The notes under the pieces: model-generated
Told to the model about the DNA's origin: nothing
Database searches by the model: none
What the model saw: the letters and a program-made list of their open reading frames with translations, nothing else
Part shown: piece by piece, positions 61,850-64,000 of the stretch
Position numbering within the stretch: the first letter of the stretch is position 1
Layout: every line of letters begins with the position of its first letter
Made by a program: the position numbers and the translations under genes
Source: a virus
Taxonomy: Duplodnaviria; Caudoviricetes
Virus record (IMG/VR): IMGVR_UViG_3300029319_000020
Location: 14,437-78,436 of that record
DNA length: 64,000 bases
Reading direction: 5' to 3' (one strand)

Positions 61850-62025
61850 GTGATTTAGTGTGGGCGAGGTGGGCTGATAATTGTATGGGTGTTGTAATTG
61901 ATGTTATCTTTGATGAAATAGACATAGAGTATTCTTATCGTATAAAGTGGGTTTTTCAACAACCATACGAGTCGAGAGAATACATAGAAGATCTTATAAC
62001 AATGAGGGAAAAATGTTCAAAGTAG
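61840..62025 (+). CDS. SH3-like mini-protein 5
   Basis: MRVGDLVWARW...MREKCSK. Confidence 0.75.
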   Translation: MRVGDLVWARWADNCMGVVIDVIFDEIDIEYSYRIKWVFQQPYESREYIEDLITMREKCSK

Positions 62026-62171
62026 GCGATTTAGTAACTTGGCGTGGTCATTCAGCACCTATATGGGTAGTGATGTCACAGATAGATCATAACTCTTATA
62101 AAGTTGCCCTTTGTGGGGATTTGTGGGTTATAAGATACTGGCACGAAGATAATATGGAGATAATATGCTAA
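62013..62171 (+). CDS. SH3-like mini-protein 6
   Basis: MFKVGDLVTWRG...MEIIC. Confidence 0.75.
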   Translation: MFKVGDLVTWRGHSAPIWVVMSQIDHNSYKVALCGDLWVIRYWHEDNMEIIC

Positions 62172-62326
62172 AAACAGGAGACTTAGTGCGTTTGTACGGA
62201 TACAGAGAAAAAGTAGAGATAGGTATGATAATGCGTTATAACCTACGATACAACTCATACACTATCTACTGGATCACTACAGGGGAGATATATGCGAAGT
62301 GCATATATGATGTGACAAAAATATGA
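62165..62326 (+). CDS. SH3-like mini-protein 7
   Basis: Not in track. MLKTGDLVRLYG...DVTKI. Confidence 0.72.
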   Translation: MLKTGDLVRLYGYREKVEIGMIMRYNLRYNSYTIYWITTGEIYAKCIYDVTKI

Positions 62327-62466
62327 GAATAGGATCATTAGTAACAAACGGGTTGGGTGGAATAGGTGTCATAGTAGACGAACGATGGAGAGCATACAAA
62401 GTTCATTGGACTACAGGTGCGTGTAACTGGCACGATGAAATATATCTTATTTTGGAGGTAGAATGA
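62323..62466 (+). CDS. SH3-like mini-protein 8
   Basis: Not in track. MRIGSLVTNGLGGIGVIV...ILEVE. Confidence 0.7.
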   Translation: MRIGSLVTNGLGGIGVIVDERWRAYKVHWTTGACNWHDEIYLILEVE

Positions 62467-62624
62467 AAGTAGGTTCGTTAGTAAGGGAAAAGTATCCAAA
62501 CGGATACGATATTGGCTTTGGGGTCGTTGTAGCTAACTTCGGTAAAACTGTCCATGTTCGATGGACAAACATGATCTCTATAACAGTTGAACATAGAACA
62601 CATTTGGAGGTGTTATGCGAGTAG
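62463..62624 (+). CDS. SH3-like mini-protein 9
   Basis: Not in track. MKVGSLVREKY...HLEVLCE. Confidence 0.72.
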   Translation: MKVGSLVREKYPNGYDIGFGVVVANFGKTVHVRWTNMISITVEHRTHLEVLCE

Positions 62625-62779
62625 GTAGTTTAGTAAAGATAAGTCAATCAAACATTGGAGACAAAGGGAAGTTCGCTATTGTTGTGAAAATGTATCCAAA
62701 TGATGCAGTATTACACGTCGTAGATACTGGGGAAGTATGGAGATATGCTCTTTATAACTTGGAGGTATTATGCGAGTAG
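62615..62779 (+). CDS. SH3-like mini-protein 10
   Basis: Not in track. MRVGSLVKISQ...NLEVLCE. Confidence 0.72.
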   Translation: MRVGSLVKISQSNIGDKGKFAIVVKMYPNDAVLHVVDTGEVWRYALYNLEVLCE

Positions 62780-62982
62780 GCGACTTGGTGAGGATAAAAA
62801 GGGCTTGGAGAAGTATGTACAAGGACTACGAGGATACTGTAGGGCTAGTGGTGTATGCCGATAGTGGCTATGGGGGAGAAAGACCTGTGGGATTTCGTAG
62901 GATTAGGATACTTCATGGTGATATGAATGGGCAAATCTATTCCGTATTTGCCGAAGAAGTATTGGAAGTGGTCAAAAATTGA
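62770..62982 (+). CDS. SH3-like mini-protein 11
   Basis: MRVGDLVRIKR...VLEVVKN. Confidence 0.75.
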   Translation: MRVGDLVRIKRAWRSMYKDYEDTVGLVVYADSGYGGERPVGFRRIRILHGDMNGQIYSVFAEEVLEVVKN

Positions 62983-63044
62983 CCGTTTGGCATTTGACAG
63001 GATTGCTTGGAACAGTTATATTATAAATATCAAACAAACGGAGG
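62962..63044 (+). repeat. 83-bp promoter cassette type 2, copy 1 (palindrome 62970-62984; promoter 62994-63022)
   Basis: TTGGAAGT-GGTCA-aaaat-TGACC-GTTT..TTGACA-N17-TATATT..CAAACAAACGGAGG. Confidence 0.85.
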
Positions 63045-63048
63045 TAAT

Positions 63049-63255
63049 ATGTATAATGTGGAATTAAAGATAGGTGATTTGGTGCAATACACAGATGAAA
63101 TTGATTCAGTTCAATATCGAGGTATTGGCATAATAACCGAAAGACGAGATGATCATGGTGGTTGGTGGGCTTACTTCCCCAAAGTAGACGACTATGGGGC
63201 TATTGTAACCCAACCTTTTCATGGTTACATATGGGTGAAAGTATGTTCAAAGTAG
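63049..63255 (+). CDS. SH3-like mini-protein 12
   Basis: MYNVELKIGDLVQY...VKVCSK. Confidence 0.75.
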   Translation: MYNVELKIGDLVQYTDEIDSVQYRGIGIITERRDDHGGWWAYFPKVDDYGAIVTQPFHGYIWVKVCSK

Positions 63256-63398
63256 GCGATCTAGTGATAGATTATTGTGGTGATATAGGGATTGTTGTAA
63301 AAGAACTAAACTGTGATTGGTGGGAAGTACACTATATTGATGGTACTGGTGAGGGTAATTTGTGGACAACAGAAATGAGGTTATTATGTTCAAAGTAG
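63243..63398 (+). CDS. SH3-like mini-protein 13
   Basis: MFKVGDLVIDY...MRLLCSK. Confidence 0.75.
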   Translation: MFKVGDLVIDYCGDIGIVVKELNCDWWEVHYIDGTGEGNLWTTEMRLLCSK

Positions 63399-63556
63399 GT
63401 GACTTGGTAAGATATAAGAAAAGTGCTGTTGATGACGATACTATTGGCTTGATTGTAAAGCAAAACCCAATCTTTTATCACATGTGGTACATTAAATGGA
63501 TTAACGGATCAGAGTACCAAGAGAACGGAATGTTTTTGGAGGTAGTATGCAAATAG
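63386..63556 (+). CDS. SH3-like mini-protein 14
   Basis: MFKVGDLVRYKK...FLEVVCK. Confidence 0.75.
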   Translation: MFKVGDLVRYKKSAVDDDTIGLIVKQNPIFYHMWYIKWINGSEYQENGMFLEVVCK

Positions 63557-63717
63557 GTGATTTAGTAAAATACAAAAAGTCATTCACAACCGACCCTTAC
63601 TATATGGGCTTGGTTGTAAAACAGAACCCTAGATACAAAGACTTTTGGCTTATTCAGTGGATTGATGGATCAAAGTACCAAGAGAACGAAAAGAACTTGG
63701 AAGTGGTCAAAAATTGA
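63547..63717 (+). CDS. SH3-like mini-protein 15 (close paralog of 14)
   Basis: Not in track. MQIGDLVKYKK...KQNP...GSKYQENEKNLEVVKN. Confidence 0.75.
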   Translation: MQIGDLVKYKKSFTTDPYYMGLVVKQNPRYKDFWLIQWIDGSKYQENEKNLEVVKN

Positions 63718-63779
63718 CCGTTTTGGATTTGACAGGATTATTCCAAACAGTTATATTATAAATATCAAACAAACGGAGG
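63697..63779 (+). repeat. 83-bp promoter cassette type 2, copy 2 (palindrome 63705-63719; promoter 63729-63757)
   Basis: Near-identical direct repeat of 62962-63044. Confidence 0.85.
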
Positions 63780-63784
63780 ACGTT

Positions 63785-64000
63785 ATGAAACAAAAAGTAA
63801 TAGTACTACAAATCAGATTTAGTGGTGACGATAACACAATCTATGTCTGTAAGACCTTTGAAATAGCCCACAGGATTATCAAAGAGTGGTTCAAGGATAG
63901 TATTGAGGACATAAACACTTATGGTATAGGCGACCTAGAGGAAATTCTATGGGGAAATGTAGGTTACTGGGAGGTTACAGAGGAGGTAGTGATATGCGAG
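63785..64000 (+). CDS. Hypothetical small protein, runs off the window end
   Basis: GGAGG RBS; MKQKVIVLQ...EEVVICE; ends in the same GGAGGT..ATGCGAG junction. Confidence 0.65.
   Translation, partial: MKQKVIVLQIRFSGDDNTIYVCKTFEIAHRIIKEWFKDSIEDINTYGIGDLEEILWGNVGYWEVTEEVVICE

Noticed and set aside
63386-63717. DGR template/variable repeat pair (mini-genes 14 and 15)
   Set aside because: Differences include many non-adenine and synonymous changes, and there is no reverse transcriptase in the window.
61500-64000. CRISPR array (regularly spaced ~30-bp repeats)
   Set aside because: Spacing is ~140-210 bp, the repeats are degenerate and protein-coding, the intervening DNA forms paralogous ORFs, and no cas genes are present.
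60935-64000. Integron attC cassette array
   Set aside because: No attC-like long imperfect palindromes with RYYYAAC/GTTRRRY ends and no tyrosine integrase in the window; the genes overlap directly.
1-64000. Stop-codon reassignment (code 15 or 4)
   Set aside because: Long conserved genes are intact under code 11, and TAG and TGA both end genes at expected positions.
1-64000. Minus-strand ORFs in the track
   Set aside because: All lie antisense to well-supported + strand genes, lack RBS and motifs, and look like shadow ORFs.
1-64000. tRNA, tmRNA or rRNA genes
   Set aside because: No cloverleaf with a T-loop GTTCRA and acceptor stem was found in the intergenic gaps by eye; a tRNAscan-SE or ARAGORN run would be definitive.

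Overview
This is a 64-kb piece of an AT-rich, large (probably jumbo-class) T4-like myovirus genome. Every credible gene is on the + strand and the standard genetic code fits. Positions ~1-19.7 kb hold a virion module: major capsid C-terminus, neck and tail-completion proteins, sheath, two tube paralogs, a gp26/gp51-like pair with a candidate frameshift, tape measure and baseplate. A replication and nucleotide module follows (miniature family-A polymerase, two GIY-YIG nucleases, divergent tubulin/FtsZ-like protein, gp32 SSB, RecA/UvsX, 5'-3' exonuclease, DnaB/gp41, class II RNR, ThyX, DnaE, adenosine deaminase, dUTPase). Interleaved is an unusually complete proteostasis set (GroEL, GroES-like, Hsp20, J-domain, ClpP, ClpS) and an amidase endolysin. 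Two promoter classes are visible by eye: about 20 near-consensus sigma70 promoters (TTGACA-N16/17-TATAAT-like) and a 9-bp ACTA[A/T/C]TTAN motif upstream of structural genes. The three strongest observations are: (1) a tandem array of 15 tiny SH3/KOW-like paralogs at 61.0-63.7 kb, joined by a conserved ~31-bp triple-function junction and punctuated by duplicated promoter cassettes carrying a GGWCA-N5-TGWCC palindrome; (2) a dispersed set of late-motif-driven genes sharing an MKLT..L..LI.EE N-terminal tag, a candidate capsid-targeting signal; (3) several cis-RNA elements, including a ROSE-like thermometer on hsp20, a structured gp32 leader and a GC-rich structured leader after the capsid gene. 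No tRNA, rRNA, CRISPR array, integrase or reverse transcriptase was seen. All family calls come from motif recognition by eye; no database search was run.
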